Origin: an uncultured virus (IMG/VR IMGVR_UViG_3300033121_001780)
Lineage: Duplodnaviria; Heunggongvirae; Uroviricota; Caudoviricetes
Virus record (IMG/VR): IMGVR_UViG_3300033121_001780
Direction: 5' to 3' (one strand)
Length of the DNA: 20,000 nucleotides
In this document: positions 1-10,161 of the stretch, one piece after another
How positions within the stretch are numbered: position 1 is the first letter of the stretch
How the letters are laid out: every line of letters begins with the position of its first letter
Made by a program: the position numbers and the translations under genes
The notes under the pieces: model-generated
Database searches by the model: none
Told to the model about the DNA's origin: nothing
Seen by the model: only the letters and a program-made list of their open reading frames with translations

Positions 1-2996
1 GAATCCTCCTCCCACTTCATTGGTATAACAGAAATGTCAACTTTCCTAGACTTTAAAAGTGGTTTTGATGATATAGAATCTTCTTTTGCCTTGAAGAATT
101 TTCCCTTTACCATAGCATATTCACCAATAGAATATGTATGTGTGGCTCTCCAGAAATCTCCAGAAACAGAATATGGTTGATCATTACGCACATAATATTC
201 ACCATTTCTATAAACCCAGTCTCCCTCGCTGTATGTAGATCCAGGATTCCAAAATGGTGAATATCCAGAATAGATATCAAAATCAGATGATGTATTTGGA
301 CTTAGATTCGGATTAGATATTGTATTATCTGATAGTACTTCGTATACGATATCATCATATAATACCAAATCGCCATCTAAATATGATATATCAGTCTCCC
401 ATGGCTTTATAATTTTCCAATTAAAATTAATCCTATAGAATCCAGGATTGGATGATGAAGTAAGTCCCCATGGCTTATCAATGACAAATCCATATCCAGA
501 ATTCAACAGTCCAACATATGTTACTATCGAAATACCCTCATATGTAGAATTTGCATATGGATAAGATTGTCTAATATCAACAATATCACCAATGTTAATG
601 TTAGTAGGCGCCTCGGTCAACGAAGTAACAAATGAAACCGATCCACCATAAAATTGATTATCTAAAAATCTTCCCCAGTTTATTATATCTTCAATATCTC
701 CATTTTGATTAACTTCTTGAACATTTCTGCTTAATAGAACAGATAGCTTATAGTCTTGAAAAACATTACTTCCAAATAAATTAATACTGTCAATCATGGA
801 ATCCTGTCTCTTAAGAGAATCAACTTCAAATAATTTGAATTTTATTCCCCTGAATAGTGTTGTATTAGGAATTTGAGCTTCCCCAGCCTCAAAATAAGAA
901 TACTTTCTAGAATTTCTAATAACAGTACCATCTAAGAATTCAATTTCAGATCCGAATAGATATTCAAAATAATCTAATGAATATGTGTAGGTTTGATAGT
1001 CTGTTTGAACTGAATACCTATTCAAATATTTATCCAATTCAAATCTAAATGATGTATCTTGAACATCATCATGGTTTTTTTCTATATGCAAAGAATGGTG
1101 AACATAAGAAGTAGTACCAGAATTAATCGTATAGAAATAATCTAGATTTCTAGATTGTCTTCTAGGGGTAAAATCATTCGTATCAGCAGTTCGATTAAAA
1201 TCACCATGTATTGTATTGTTATTTAGCAGATATGGATAATCTGCATTTGACAATGAATTTTGATAAACCCATCTACATGAAATTGGATTTTTCCTCCATA
1301 GTTCTGATAGGTCCTTATCCACAATTCGAAAAGTCTCAAGATTGGCAGTATAGTCTGAAGATGCTGGTATATATTCCACCTCACCCTTATAAGTATAATC
1401 ATTTATTGGTGGGGGAATAGATTTAAATCTTAAATCGGTTGTGTATAGCTTCGGTTCCTCTGTTCTAGTAATATCCTCTTTTTTTTCATATTCATATCTA
1501 GCAAAATCGGAATTCACTATAGATGTATCAAAATCTTTAACATCTGTAAAATTAGCTCTATAAATATTGAATTTCTTTGGTTGATTATCATTAGTAATTT
1601 CCAAATCCACATATCGATAATAATTTTGATCAGGTGAATTTATGTAATACTCAAATCTATATTCATCTTTAAGATAAAATCCATAATCTGTATGAATTCT
1701 AATATATCCATCATCATCTAATATAAGATTATGATGCTTACCATCTATTTCTATTAAATGTACATCAGATAATTCAAATCCACTTACCACATATGGATCA
1801 CCATTCAGATTCAAAATTCTATTTTGATCATCAATTAAAAACTCTTTTTGATTTAATTGATCTTCCTTTCCGGTTAAGTCTATTTCAGATATAATTTTAT
1901 ATATAGTACGGGATACATTTGAGTAATCTTCTGTTGAGACTCTTGAACTATTTCTAACCCTACTCAAAGAATTACTAACGACTTCATATCTTTCAACTTT
2001 GTAAAAATCACCCAAATATTCGACCCACATGTCGGTTTTACCGAATCCACCAACAAACGGATCACCAGAATCTGAATATAAAATATTACCATTTAGAATT
2101 TGAATATCTGATTTCAATTTTGGGGTTACAAACGGAGTTATGGAATCAACTATTTCTAAATCCTCCAAGTAGAATCCCAAATATCTATTAATAGACCATT
2201 TACGAAGAGAAGTAGGAGTTGCTGGCTCATCATCAAACAAGAAATTAAAATTCACGATATGTGGATAAATTATCTTATTGGATTTGAACCCATCGAAAAA
2301 GGATCTCTCAAAATCAAAAAGGGTATTTTCATCTTCAAGAGATTCATCCATGAACCTTGATTTATACGTATATCCACCAGAATCATAATCTATTCCTATC
2401 CATCTAGTAAACTCCAAATTTCTGAAATCTACTTCCAATGGATATTTTGGAAACGATCTATCATTAGAGAAATTTCTATCAATCCATTCTCCAAGAGCAG
2501 TCTTTTTGGTCAAATCAAAAACCTTAACTGTTTTGAAATTTTCCAATATTTCAGTTCGGAAATTTTCTTTATTAACTATATTCAAACCAGGTCCATCAAC
2601 CCTAAATATTACAAAATATTTAGGAATCGAATGCTTAAAAACATATAACGGAGCAAAGAATTCATATTCTTCTTGATAGTTTTTATTATTTGAAATATTT
2701 CGAGCACCCATTTGATAGATATCATCGTATTGATTTGCAAAATCATTAGACATATTAGAATTATCGTTTGAATATTTAACATCAAATGCCAGATCAACTG
2801 GAAAATCCTTAAAAAAATAAGGAATTAATTCATCAAAGAAATTGTTCTTATTAAATTGAAATTTTTTAAATCGATCGATGTCCAATTCTGGAGCAGAATT
2901 TATACTATCTAAATACAAATTATAGTTTGTATCCACAACTACTTTAACATTAGTTGTTAAGCCAGGATTCGTTCTTAATATCGAAAAGCTTTTCAT
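1..2996 (-). CDS. Very large hypothetical protein (>998 aa, 3'-truncated by the window edge), probably virion structural; carries CBM5/12-like aromatic repeats
   Basis: Absent from the ORF track. I read the frame by hand: ATG at 2996 (MKSFSILRTNPGLTTNVKVVVD...) and no stop down to position 3. It starts 3 nt after the TAA of the upstream 1053-aa gene (TAA-TAG-ATG). Confidence 0.85.
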   Translation of the reverse strand, partial: MKSFSILRTNPGLTTNVKVVVDTNYNLYLDSINSAPELDIDRFKKFQFNKNNFFDELIPYFFKDFPVDLAFDVKYSNDNSNMSNDFANQYDDIYQMGARNISNNKNYQEEYEFFAPLYVFKHSIPKYFVIFRVDGPGLNIVNKENFRTEILENFKTVKVFDLTKKTALGEWIDRNFSNDRSFPKYPLEVDFRNLEFTRWIGIDYDSGGYTYKSRFMDESLEDENTLFDFERSFFDGFKSNKIIYPHIVNFNFLFDDEPATPTSLRKWSINRYLGFYLEDLEIVDSITPFVTPKLKSDIQILNGNILYSDSGDPFVGGFGKTDMWVEYLGDFYKVERYEVVSNSLSRVRNSSRVSTEDYSNVSRTIYKIISEIDLTGKEDQLNQKEFLIDDQNRILNLNGDPYVVSGFELSDVHLIEIDGKHHNLILDDDGYIRIHTDYGFYLKDEYRFEYYINSPDQNYYRYVDLEITNDNQPKKFNIYRANFTDVKDFDTSIVNSDFARYEYEKKEDITRTEEPKLYTTDLRFKSIPPPINDYTYKGEVEYIPASSDYTANLETFRIVDKDLSELWRKNPISCRWVYQNSLSNADYPYLLNNNTIHGDFNRTADTNDFTPRRQSRNLDYFYTINSGTTSYVHHSLHIEKNHDDVQDTSFRFELDKYLNRYSVQTDYQTYTYSLDYFEYLFGSEIEFLDGTVIRNSRKYSYFEAGEAQIPNTTLFRGIKFKLFEVDSLKRQDSMIDSINLFGSNVFQDYKLSVLLSRNVQEVNQNGDIEDIINWGRFLDNQFYGGSVSFVTSLTEAPTNINIGDIVDIRQSYPYANSTYEGISIVTYVGLLNSGYGFVIDKPWGLTSSSNPGFYRINFNWKIIKPWETDISYLDGDLVLYDDIVYEVLSDNTISNPNLSPNTSSDFDIYSGYSPFWNPGSTYSEGDWVYRNGEYYVRNDQPYSVSGDFWRATHTYSIGEYAMVKGKFFKAKEDSISSKPLLKSRKVDISVIPMKWEED

Positions 2997-2999
2997 CTA

Positions 3000-5900
3000 T
3001 TATTTCGCTATTGTATTATAGGTTTTTGGCTTTGCTCCGAATGTAACTTTAGCTCTGTTTAGAGTAAATTTAACAGTGAAGGTGAAAGGTCTATTTTGAT
3101 TTTCGTCCTCAACAAAGAATCTAAGCTTCTTAATGTGCTTAACGGTCTGTGAAACCTTATTAAGATCAATGTATTCATAATCTTTTCCAGCTTGTGTATT
3201 ATCAAGAGCGTTCATCTTGAAGTAAATGTGTATGGGTATAATAATAGCATTTTCATCGCCACCCTTGACAGACCTAATTTTATCCTCATTGGTCTCAACT
3301 AAGTTTTGTAGATCAGGGGTAACCGGATGAACTGTTGATAGCAATTTGGTAGTGGATCCAACGCTAACAACTGGATCAATCCATTTTGTAGAATCTAGAA
3401 GAGAATTATTACTAGACACGAAAGCCATTGCTAAATTTTCAGAATATCCTACATTGTATTCAACCAGCCCAAGAACATTTGTTATTGAATTACTATTCAG
3501 TGATGTAAAGCTATTACCAATGTTTTCAGATAGCTTTGATAGTTCAGTTTGTGTTACAGTGTCATAATTAACAGACCAAACGAACATGTTATCTAAATGT
3601 GTTCTAGAAGATCCAGACACATCTGTAAATAGCAACTCATCCTGATTATTCACCCAGAATGTCTGAGGCGCAGATGGGCTATAAATAGCTGTATTGGAAA
3701 GATATTGCCTATTGGAAAGAAGACCCAAATCCGAATCAATAGATTTGTTCTTAACTTTTAAGATGAAATCCTTAATAACATAAATATTATTAGCAAATAC
3801 CCTTCCGCTAGGAACTCCAGAACCAGTAAATGGATCTAAATATTCCTCACACTCAATATTAAATTCGGTTTCCGAATTATTACCGATTGTAAATTCTTGA
3901 TTGTTTCTAATTATGATAATTTCAATTTCACCCTTAGCTCTAGAAATTTTCTCTTCTAAAGACTTAACCCTATCTTCTAATTTTTTAAGATGTTGGAGCA
4001 AATCCAAAACAACGCCATTTTCATCTTTGAATCCGGATAGAATTGATTCTGCAGTGTGATAAAATGACTTATTATTTAATATTATAGTTTCGGATAAATG
4101 ATCATCTAATCCACGAGCTGTTAACTCACTGTCCACTTTGACCTTAACTTCCTCCCTAGAGGCCTCTTCAAGAATAAATTGATTATCCAGTAGAACATTG
4201 TTCAAATCATCTGGAAAATCAATTGAAATAACATCACTCCACTCGGATTCAACAGGAGATTCTGGCCAACCAACTTCAGAGATAGATTTAACTCTTAATT
4301 CTACTCTCTCATTTGGACTTATGGCAATATCAATTTGATTTATATTTGGAGTCTCAGCACTTTCCAAATCTTCAATTTCCCATGTATACGCAAGAGTTTC
4401 TAAATTGTAATCTCTTTTTCTTGCATCTGTTTTGAATTCATTCCAATTTGAGAAAGCTGCGGTCTTTTTTTCTTTCTTGTTATTAGATAATTTAAATGTT
4501 TCTACAGAAGGCTCTCGACCATCTTTAGAAATGTATCTATATTGAACTCTAAATTGAACAACCTCTTGTGGAAGGGTCCCTCTTTTAGCAACAGGCTCCG
4601 GAATATCCCAGAATCCTCTAAGTCTATATTTCGGATCTACTTTTGTTGATGATGATCTACTTAGAGTAAGAATTTCTTGATTTGTTGTTTCCAGCAGTTT
4701 GGATTTAGAGTTCTTCTTTTTACTTAGTTCATCTACCTCAATTTCGAATTGTTTTTTCTGAGACTCAGAAGTAAATCTAGTCGCCTTTAATTTCTTATTT
4801 CTACTTTCTATGGCTTCTTGTATTTGAGAAATTTCTGATTTAAGAGAAACTGTATAATTATGTTTCGTCTTCATCAAATTAGAATCAGGATTATCTGTAA
4901 GATGCTTATTTATTTGAACAACCTTAAAATTATCAGAGCTCATAAGAGGAATATTTGGTTGACCAGCTAGCCTATTAGGAATCTTCTTAGTAACTTGATC
5001 CTGTAGAAATTCACCATAATCATAAACAAAATCAATGTAAAATTGATCCATTGTAGTTCCATTATCGGCTCTCAAATCATTGGTAAAAAATCCAGTCCCC
5101 CCTGACCAATTTTTAGATATTAAATTGGAATCAGCATTCATTGGTTTGACAAAGACCACGTTCCTTTCTCCATATCCAATGCTTATCCTAGCTCTCTTTC
5201 TATATACTAATGGTGAATAAATCTTAAGAGTCCCTACTCCGACAGGAATAGGTTGCAGTCCCTCCACTCTCTCCAATCGTAATCTAGGATTTGATTCTGT
5301 GTTTGAAATTTCAACAATTTTATACCTTGTTGAAGAATTTTGAAGATTGGGAATTAATTCACTTCCAATGGCAAGTTGTCGAAGTTCTCTGGTGTCATTT
5401 ATAATGTAATCTAATGTATTAACATGATACCAGAGCTTTCTATTGAGAGCATCTTCCTCAATTTTAATAACATTAAAAACTCCGTCATATAAAACAGCAT
5501 TTGGCTCCAAATCAAACATTTGCTCATCATATTTAGGATTCAAAGGATCAACAATTCCTGTGGTTGTTTGGTACCAATTTTCAAATTCTTGAATGTCTAT
5601 TCCACTAATTCCTCTATATAGACTATTAAAGCTATCAAGGGCAGATTGGCCTAGTGTGGTCAATGTTCCATCGGGATTACTAGCAAAATCAACAATATAT
5701 CTTCTAGATAGAATTTTCCTTACATTATCCTCTACTTTATCTCTTAAATCCAATTCTACAAATAAACTTGGATTCAACATGCTCTCGAAAAACCAATTAA
5801 CTTGAGATTTGAATTGTGATACTATTCCGATATCATTAATGGAATTTGGCTCCTTATTAAGATCGACTGTTATAACCTTCTTAAATTTATTAGTAGATGA

Positions 5901-6161
5901 TGTTTGAATTAGAGCCCCACCAGAGTCAATATTATAAAGTGAATTAAGAGAATTATTAAGCCTCTCAATTTCTGATTTCAGATATGTAAAAGATGGTAAA
6001 TTATAGGTCTTTATAACACCATCCATATCAAAAATTCTAACCTCGACCGATGGTTCCTGTGTCGTGGATAAAGAGTTTATTTTGGATAATATTTCTAATA
6101 TATTTTTGTTATATCCCACAACTTGATCGGCAACAACGGGAAAGGAACTTTTAATAGGCAT
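3000..6161 (-). CDS. Large hypothetical protein (1053 aa), putative virion structural protein with coiled-coil segments and an Fn3-like beta-sandwich
   Basis: Long ORF with coiled-coil-like stretches (SLKSEISQIQEAIESRNKKLK; LKKLEDRVKSLEEKISRAK) and an Fn3-like ending (VELRVKSISEVGWP...ESEWSDVISI). Preceded by TAATATATA. The function is inferred. Confidence 0.7.
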   Translation of the reverse strand: MPIKSSFPVVADQVVGYNKNILEILSKINSLSTTQEPSVEVRIFDMDGVIKTYNLPSFTYLKSEIERLNNSLNSLYNIDSGGALIQTSSTNKFKKVITVDLNKEPNSINDIGIVSQFKSQVNWFFESMLNPSLFVELDLRDKVEDNVRKILSRRYIVDFASNPDGTLTTLGQSALDSFNSLYRGISGIDIQEFENWYQTTTGIVDPLNPKYDEQMFDLEPNAVLYDGVFNVIKIEEDALNRKLWYHVNTLDYIINDTRELRQLAIGSELIPNLQNSSTRYKIVEISNTESNPRLRLERVEGLQPIPVGVGTLKIYSPLVYRKRARISIGYGERNVVFVKPMNADSNLISKNWSGGTGFFTNDLRADNGTTMDQFYIDFVYDYGEFLQDQVTKKIPNRLAGQPNIPLMSSDNFKVVQINKHLTDNPDSNLMKTKHNYTVSLKSEISQIQEAIESRNKKLKATRFTSESQKKQFEIEVDELSKKKNSKSKLLETTNQEILTLSRSSSTKVDPKYRLRGFWDIPEPVAKRGTLPQEVVQFRVQYRYISKDGREPSVETFKLSNNKKEKKTAAFSNWNEFKTDARKRDYNLETLAYTWEIEDLESAETPNINQIDIAISPNERVELRVKSISEVGWPESPVESEWSDVISIDFPDDLNNVLLDNQFILEEASREEVKVKVDSELTARGLDDHLSETIILNNKSFYHTAESILSGFKDENGVVLDLLQHLKKLEDRVKSLEEKISRAKGEIEIIIIRNNQEFTIGNNSETEFNIECEEYLDPFTGSGVPSGRVFANNIYVIKDFILKVKNKSIDSDLGLLSNRQYLSNTAIYSPSAPQTFWVNNQDELLFTDVSGSSRTHLDNMFVWSVNYDTVTQTELSKLSENIGNSFTSLNSNSITNVLGLVEYNVGYSENLAMAFVSSNNSLLDSTKWIDPVVSVGSTTKLLSTVHPVTPDLQNLVETNEDKIRSVKGGDENAIIIPIHIYFKMNALDNTQAGKDYEYIDLNKVSQTVKHIKKLRFFVEDENQNRPFTFTVKFTLNRAKVTFGAKPKTYNTIAK

Positions 6162-6181
6162 CTATACAGATTTTATTTTCT

Positions 6182-6190
6182 TATATATTA
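6182..6190 (-). promoter_or_regulatory. Putative phage (late-type) promoter motif TAATATATA
   Basis: Lies about 20 nt upstream of the 6161 ATG. Similar ATATATA motifs precede the ATGs at 6279, 10807 and 12295. Confidence 0.45.
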
Positions 6191-6192
6191 TT

Positions 6193-6227
6193 TTGGATTT
6201 TTCCTGTCACAATTATGAAAAATCCAA
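6193..6227. repeat. 11-bp perfect inverted repeat (TTGGATTTTTC-N13-GAAAAATCCAA) in the divergent intergenic region
   Basis: Arms at 6193-6203 and 6217-6227, read directly from the sequence. Confidence 0.75.
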
Positions 6228-6278
6228 TAATTTCCAGTATTGGTGGGGATTTCCTGATTTTTGACCAATATATACTAT

Positions 6279-6701
6279 ATGTTACTTAAATTGATAAAAA
6301 CCCTTGCTGTGTTTGTGTTTTTAATGCTTTCTATAACCTCTTTTTCACAGTCTGTTGTTTTTGGTAATATAATAAAGGAAAATCCAAAAGATACAATTGA
6401 AGGAAATCTTGTTGTATATAAGCAAATTGATGATTCTACATACATTTTTAAAGAAAAAAGGTTCAGAAACCAATCTATGGTATCTTTGGATCCTGGAGAA
6501 TATGTTTTCGCTTATTATTTTTCCAATTCCTCTTTCATTGAGAAAGTGAGTATCCATGATGATGAATCTGTTATAATAATGAATATTTTAGAAACTCCAA
6601 CATCCATGTCCGAGTTTAAATTTTCGAAAGTTATCTTTCTTTCGTCAGAAATGATTGAATTAGCTGTACAAAGTCGTCGATATGTTTATATGGAGTTCTG
6701 A
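6279..6701 (+). CDS. Secreted/periplasmic hypothetical protein with a Sec signal peptide; possible carboxypeptidase-regulatory-like beta-sandwich
   Basis: Likely start is ATG 6279 (the track uses TTG 6261). MLLKLIKTLAVFVFLMLSITSFS|Q is an SPI signal with +1 Gln, typical of Bacteroidota. Confidence 0.65.
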   Translation: MLLKLIKTLAVFVFLMLSITSFSQSVVFGNIIKENPKDTIEGNLVVYKQIDDSTYIFKEKRFRNQSMVSLDPGEYVFAYYFSNSSFIEKVSIHDDESVIIMNILETPTSMSEFKFSKVIFLSSEMIELAVQSRRYVYMEF

Positions 6702-6734
6702 TTTGGATATTTGATGGGTTTGTATTTATATTTG
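6702..6734 (+). promoter_or_regulatory. Bacteroidota-type housekeeping promoter (-33 TTTG, -7 TATATTTG)
   Basis: TTTG at 6702-6705, a 21-nt spacer, TATATTTG at 6727-6734, then the ligase ATG at 6740. Confidence 0.65.
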
Positions 6735-6739
6735 TCTTT

Positions 6740-8587
6740 ATGATTGAAAAACTGAAAGAGACGATAATCAAAGCAAATATTGCTTACAGAGAGGGAAATC
6801 CAATAATGTCAGATTCAGAATATGATCTTCTAATAGAAGAGTTATCAATGCTTTCTCCGGATGATGATCTTGTATCCAAGATCGGAATATCTCCCAAGGA
6901 TGAGTCCCGAAAGGCCAAGCTACCAATTGAGATGGCCTCTATGAACAAAATCAAATCCCTAGAAGATCTTCTAAATTGGGCACGACTAAAGAATATATCA
7001 ATAGATTCGGAAATAGTCATCACCCCAAAATATGATGGAATTTCATTATGCAATGATGAAATGATGAGTCACGCATTTACTCGGGGGGATGGAGTCTTTG
7101 GACAAAAATCTAATGATCATTATCGACAAATTGGAAATAAATTAATAGGACAAAATCTGTTCCAATTTACATATGGAGAGGTTATAATGTCAAAATCAAC
7201 ATTTACTTCGAAATATTCAGGAGAATTTGCGAATCCAAGAAATTTAGTAGCTGGTCTTCTAAATGCAAAAGAAATTTCACCAATTTTAAAAGACTGCAAT
7301 TACATAAAGTATGGTGGAATAGTATTCGACAAATTCAAAAATAAGATAAAAACAAAAAGTGAATTACTCTATCAACTTAATTCTTGCCAAGAAATAAAAG
7401 TCCCATTTAAAGTTGAGACTATAAATAATTTAAGTGAAGAAACATTCATTGAACTATTCAAAGAATGGTCAAAAGAATATGAAATTGATGGATTAATAGT
7501 TGAGATAAATGATTTATATCTCCAAAATAAACTTGGTAGAGAAAATTCTAGCAATAATCCAGTGTGGGCAAGAGCATTCAAGCATCCAAGTTTTGAACAG
7601 TCAGCTACTACCGAAATCACAGGAATATCTTGGAACATTTCCAAACAAGGATATTTAAAGCCGACTCTCCATGTGAATCCAATTAAATTGGATGGCGTTA
7701 CAGTATCAAATGTAACCGGCAATAATGCTCGATTTGTAAAAGACATGGGGCTAGGAATAGGAGCAAAAGTCGTTGTAAAGAGAAGCGGAATGGTAATTCC
7801 AATAATTGCCGATGTTATACAAGGAGTAGAGTTTCAAATGCCAAATGTTTCCAATATTGATTGGAATGATAATGGTGTTGAATTAATGACTCTGAATGAA
7901 ACAGATGACCAGAGATTAAAAAAAATAATTGCTTTCTTTGGAATTCTGGAATCTGATAATGTTTCCGAGGGTGTAATCACCCAACTTTGGGAAGCAGGAT
8001 TTAGAACAATAAAAGATATTCTGAATCTAAAAATAGATGATTTCCAAAAGATCGATAGATTCGGAAAAAGGAAATCCCAAATAGTTTATAATTCCATTCA
8101 GAAATCCATAAATGGTGTAAGTCTATCAAAACTACAACATGCTACTGGAATTTTTAATGGACTGGGAAGCAAAAAACTAGTTCTATTAGAACATTTCAAA
8201 TCGAAACCAACGATTGAAGAGGTTATGCAAATCGAGGGATTTGCAGAGATCTCAGCAAAAATATACATTGATAATTGGGACGTATTTTTTGAATTTATCA
8301 AGGATATTCCAATTAAGATTCAAGAAAAAATAGAAATTGAAAAAACTGGAAATGATTTAGAGGGATTTCAATTTGTTTTCACTGGAATAAGACTACCCGA
8401 ATACGAAAAAATCATAATTGCAAATGGTGGAAAAATTGGATCAGGGGTTTCTAAATCAACGACACATTTAATTATTAAAAAGAAGGGAAGTGGATCATCC
8501 AAAGAAAAAAAGGCTATAGATCTTGGAATTAAGATATTAGAAGTAAAGGATTTAGAAGAAATTATGGTGCAACTGCATCATAGATGA
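6740..8587 (+). CDS. ligA: NAD-dependent DNA ligase
   Basis: Domain Ia (AYREGNPIMSDSEYDLL), adenylation motif KYDG, TRGDG, ANPRN, EIDGLIV, OB fold (VVVKRSGMVIP), HhH repeats and a C-terminal BRCT (FVFTG...GGKIGSGVSKSTTHLI). Confidence 0.95.
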   Translation: MIEKLKETIIKANIAYREGNPIMSDSEYDLLIEELSMLSPDDDLVSKIGISPKDESRKAKLPIEMASMNKIKSLEDLLNWARLKNISIDSEIVITPKYDGISLCNDEMMSHAFTRGDGVFGQKSNDHYRQIGNKLIGQNLFQFTYGEVIMSKSTFTSKYSGEFANPRNLVAGLLNAKEISPILKDCNYIKYGGIVFDKFKNKIKTKSELLYQLNSCQEIKVPFKVETINNLSEETFIELFKEWSKEYEIDGLIVEINDLYLQNKLGRENSSNNPVWARAFKHPSFEQSATTEITGISWNISKQGYLKPTLHVNPIKLDGVTVSNVTGNNARFVKDMGLGIGAKVVVKRSGMVIPIIADVIQGVEFQMPNVSNIDWNDNGVELMTLNETDDQRLKKIIAFFGILESDNVSEGVITQLWEAGFRTIKDILNLKIDDFQKIDRFGKRKSQIVYNSIQKSINGVSLSKLQHATGIFNGLGSKKLVLLEHFKSKPTIEEVMQIEGFAEISAKIYIDNWDVFFEFIKDIPIKIQEKIEIEKTGNDLEGFQFVFTGIRLPEYEKIIIANGGKIGSGVSKSTTHLIIKKKGSGSSKEKKAIDLGIKILEVKDLEEIMVQLHHR

Positions 8588-8591
8588 AAGC

Positions 8592-9095
8592 TTGATAGAG
8601 GTTATTTGTACTACTAAAAATTGCTTAAAAATAAAATTTCTTGAAACTCTACCACGAATTCTCAATGGTGAAAATTCAATATGGATAACAACATTTCAAA
8701 AGGAATTGAATATCATGATAATGAATTTTTTACTTGGTATAATAATTGGATTTGGATTGCTGCATGGATTCTATTTTATTAGAAACAAAATATATAGAGA
8801 GGTACGTAAGGGAGTATTCACTACTAGACTGGTTGATAATACTGATCAAACAAACTTCATTGTGAATTACGAAATAGAAGAGATAGCAAGATCCAATAAA
8901 AAATCCAAAATTAAAATCTTGTCCTTTAATTCCGAAATTTCAAAATACAATGCTGCCAATTGGAAAGATGCAATTACAAATTTCTACGATAATGCATGGA
9001 TTAAAACCTCAGAAATCGATTGGATAAAATATACAAACGATCCAAACGATCCCAAGTTTATTAGGGATAAAAAAATAAACCAAATACTAAAATGA
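8592..9095 (+). CDS. Hypothetical membrane-anchored protein (start uncertain: TTG 8592 or ATG 8715/8721); ends in RDKKINQILK
   Basis: Hydrophobic segment FLLGIIIGFGLLHGFYFI follows ATG 8721. ATGA overlap with the next gene. Confidence 0.7.
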   Translation: MIEVICTTKNCLKIKFLETLPRILNGENSIWITTFQKELNIMIMNFLLGIIIGFGLLHGFYFIRNKIYREVRKGVFTTRLVDNTDQTNFIVNYEIEEIARSNKKSKIKILSFNSEISKYNAANWKDAITNFYDNAWIKTSEIDWIKYTNDPNDPKFIRDKKINQILK

Positions 9096-9400
9096 TGCAG
9101 AAAGACTATTGGAATGAAAAAGAGAAATATCTACAAAAAATATCAGATCTAGAAAATAGGATCCAACAACAGAAAAATAACCAAATTTCTGTTGAAATCG
9201 GATCATATTATCTAGTATCATTTAATGATAAAATAGAAATGGTTCGAGTATCAGCTCTAACTAAAAAATGCGTGCTGTTTGAATTTTTACAAACAGAAAA
9301 GGATCCACAATGGTTTCTGACGTATAAAAATTATACTATAATTGAAGAATTATCAACAGAATTTATCAGAGACTTCAAAATCGAGCAAATATCCGAATGA
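9092..9400 (+). CDS. Hypothetical protein with an N-terminal coiled coil; ends in RDFKIEQISE
   Basis: ATGA overlaps on both sides indicate translational coupling. Confidence 0.75.
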   Translation: MMQKDYWNEKEKYLQKISDLENRIQQQKNNQISVEIGSYYLVSFNDKIEMVRVSALTKKCVLFEFLQTEKDPQWFLTYKNYTIIEELSTEFIRDFKIEQISE

Positions 9401-9732
9401 TGTTTTGGTGTGTTATAGGCCTTCATAAATGGCAGTATCATCATAAAATGGTTCCATATATTTTACCTGGAAATAGAACATATAATGTTGGAACACATTT
9501 TCGATGCTGTAAAGAATGTGACAAGGAACAAAGAAGAACAAACAGGCCAATAAGTGTAGGAAATGAATGGCTGACTATTAAGTCAGGAAATTCCTTCGAT
9601 AAATTAATGATAAAATTTGCAAAATGGTACCAATCAATGAATTCTTCAATACAAGAATCTAAAAATCAACCAATTCAAAACGAAAACACCGAAATCAAAA
9701 CACAGAAAAATCAACCAAGAAAAATAACCTAA
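9397..9732 (+). CDS. Small putative Zn-binding phage protein (DUF1660-like CxxGxHxW...CxxC)
   Basis: WCVIGLHKW...RCCKEC motif; ATGA overlap with the upstream gene. Confidence 0.6.
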   Translation: MMFWCVIGLHKWQYHHKMVPYILPGNRTYNVGTHFRCCKECDKEQRRTNRPISVGNEWLTIKSGNSFDKLMIKFAKWYQSMNSSIQESKNQPIQNENTEIKTQKNQPRKIT

Positions 9733-9761
9733 ACTTAACCAAATTATTCTGTATAATAAGA

Positions 9762-10100
9762 ATGGACTCTGTAATTAAAATATTTGGCGCCAAGTCTTGG
9801 CATGATACAGTTTCCATAGTAGGAAATAAAGAAGCTCTAATAAGATTTCGAGATCTTATTCAGGATGCTATAACAAAAGGATTTTCAGATGGTGAGTTTC
9901 TAGAATCAGATGGTGAAGGATACAACATAGAAATTAAATTACATGATTGGGGATTCTATTCCGATGGATGGAACAATTTACCAGTTCATTATTCTGATGA
10001 TCTTTCATCGGAGAAAAATTGGAAATATTGGGAAAATTTACATGATTTGATGACAAGTGGGAGGCGAGATAGTAAGATTGAAAAATTGGAAGGAGAGTAA
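9762..10100 (+). CDS. Hypothetical protein; ends in RDSKIEKLEGE
   Basis: 112-aa ORF in the co-directional block, with TATAAT just upstream (9752-9757). Confidence 0.75.
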   Translation: MDSVIKIFGAKSWHDTVSIVGNKEALIRFRDLIQDAITKGFSDGEFLESDGEGYNIEIKLHDWGFYSDGWNNLPVHYSDDLSSEKNWKYWENLHDLMTSGRRDSKIEKLEGE

Positions 10101-10161
10101 AATTAAATTAATATATTAGAAAACCATCAATAGAAATATTGAATATAAATAAATCAACGGC

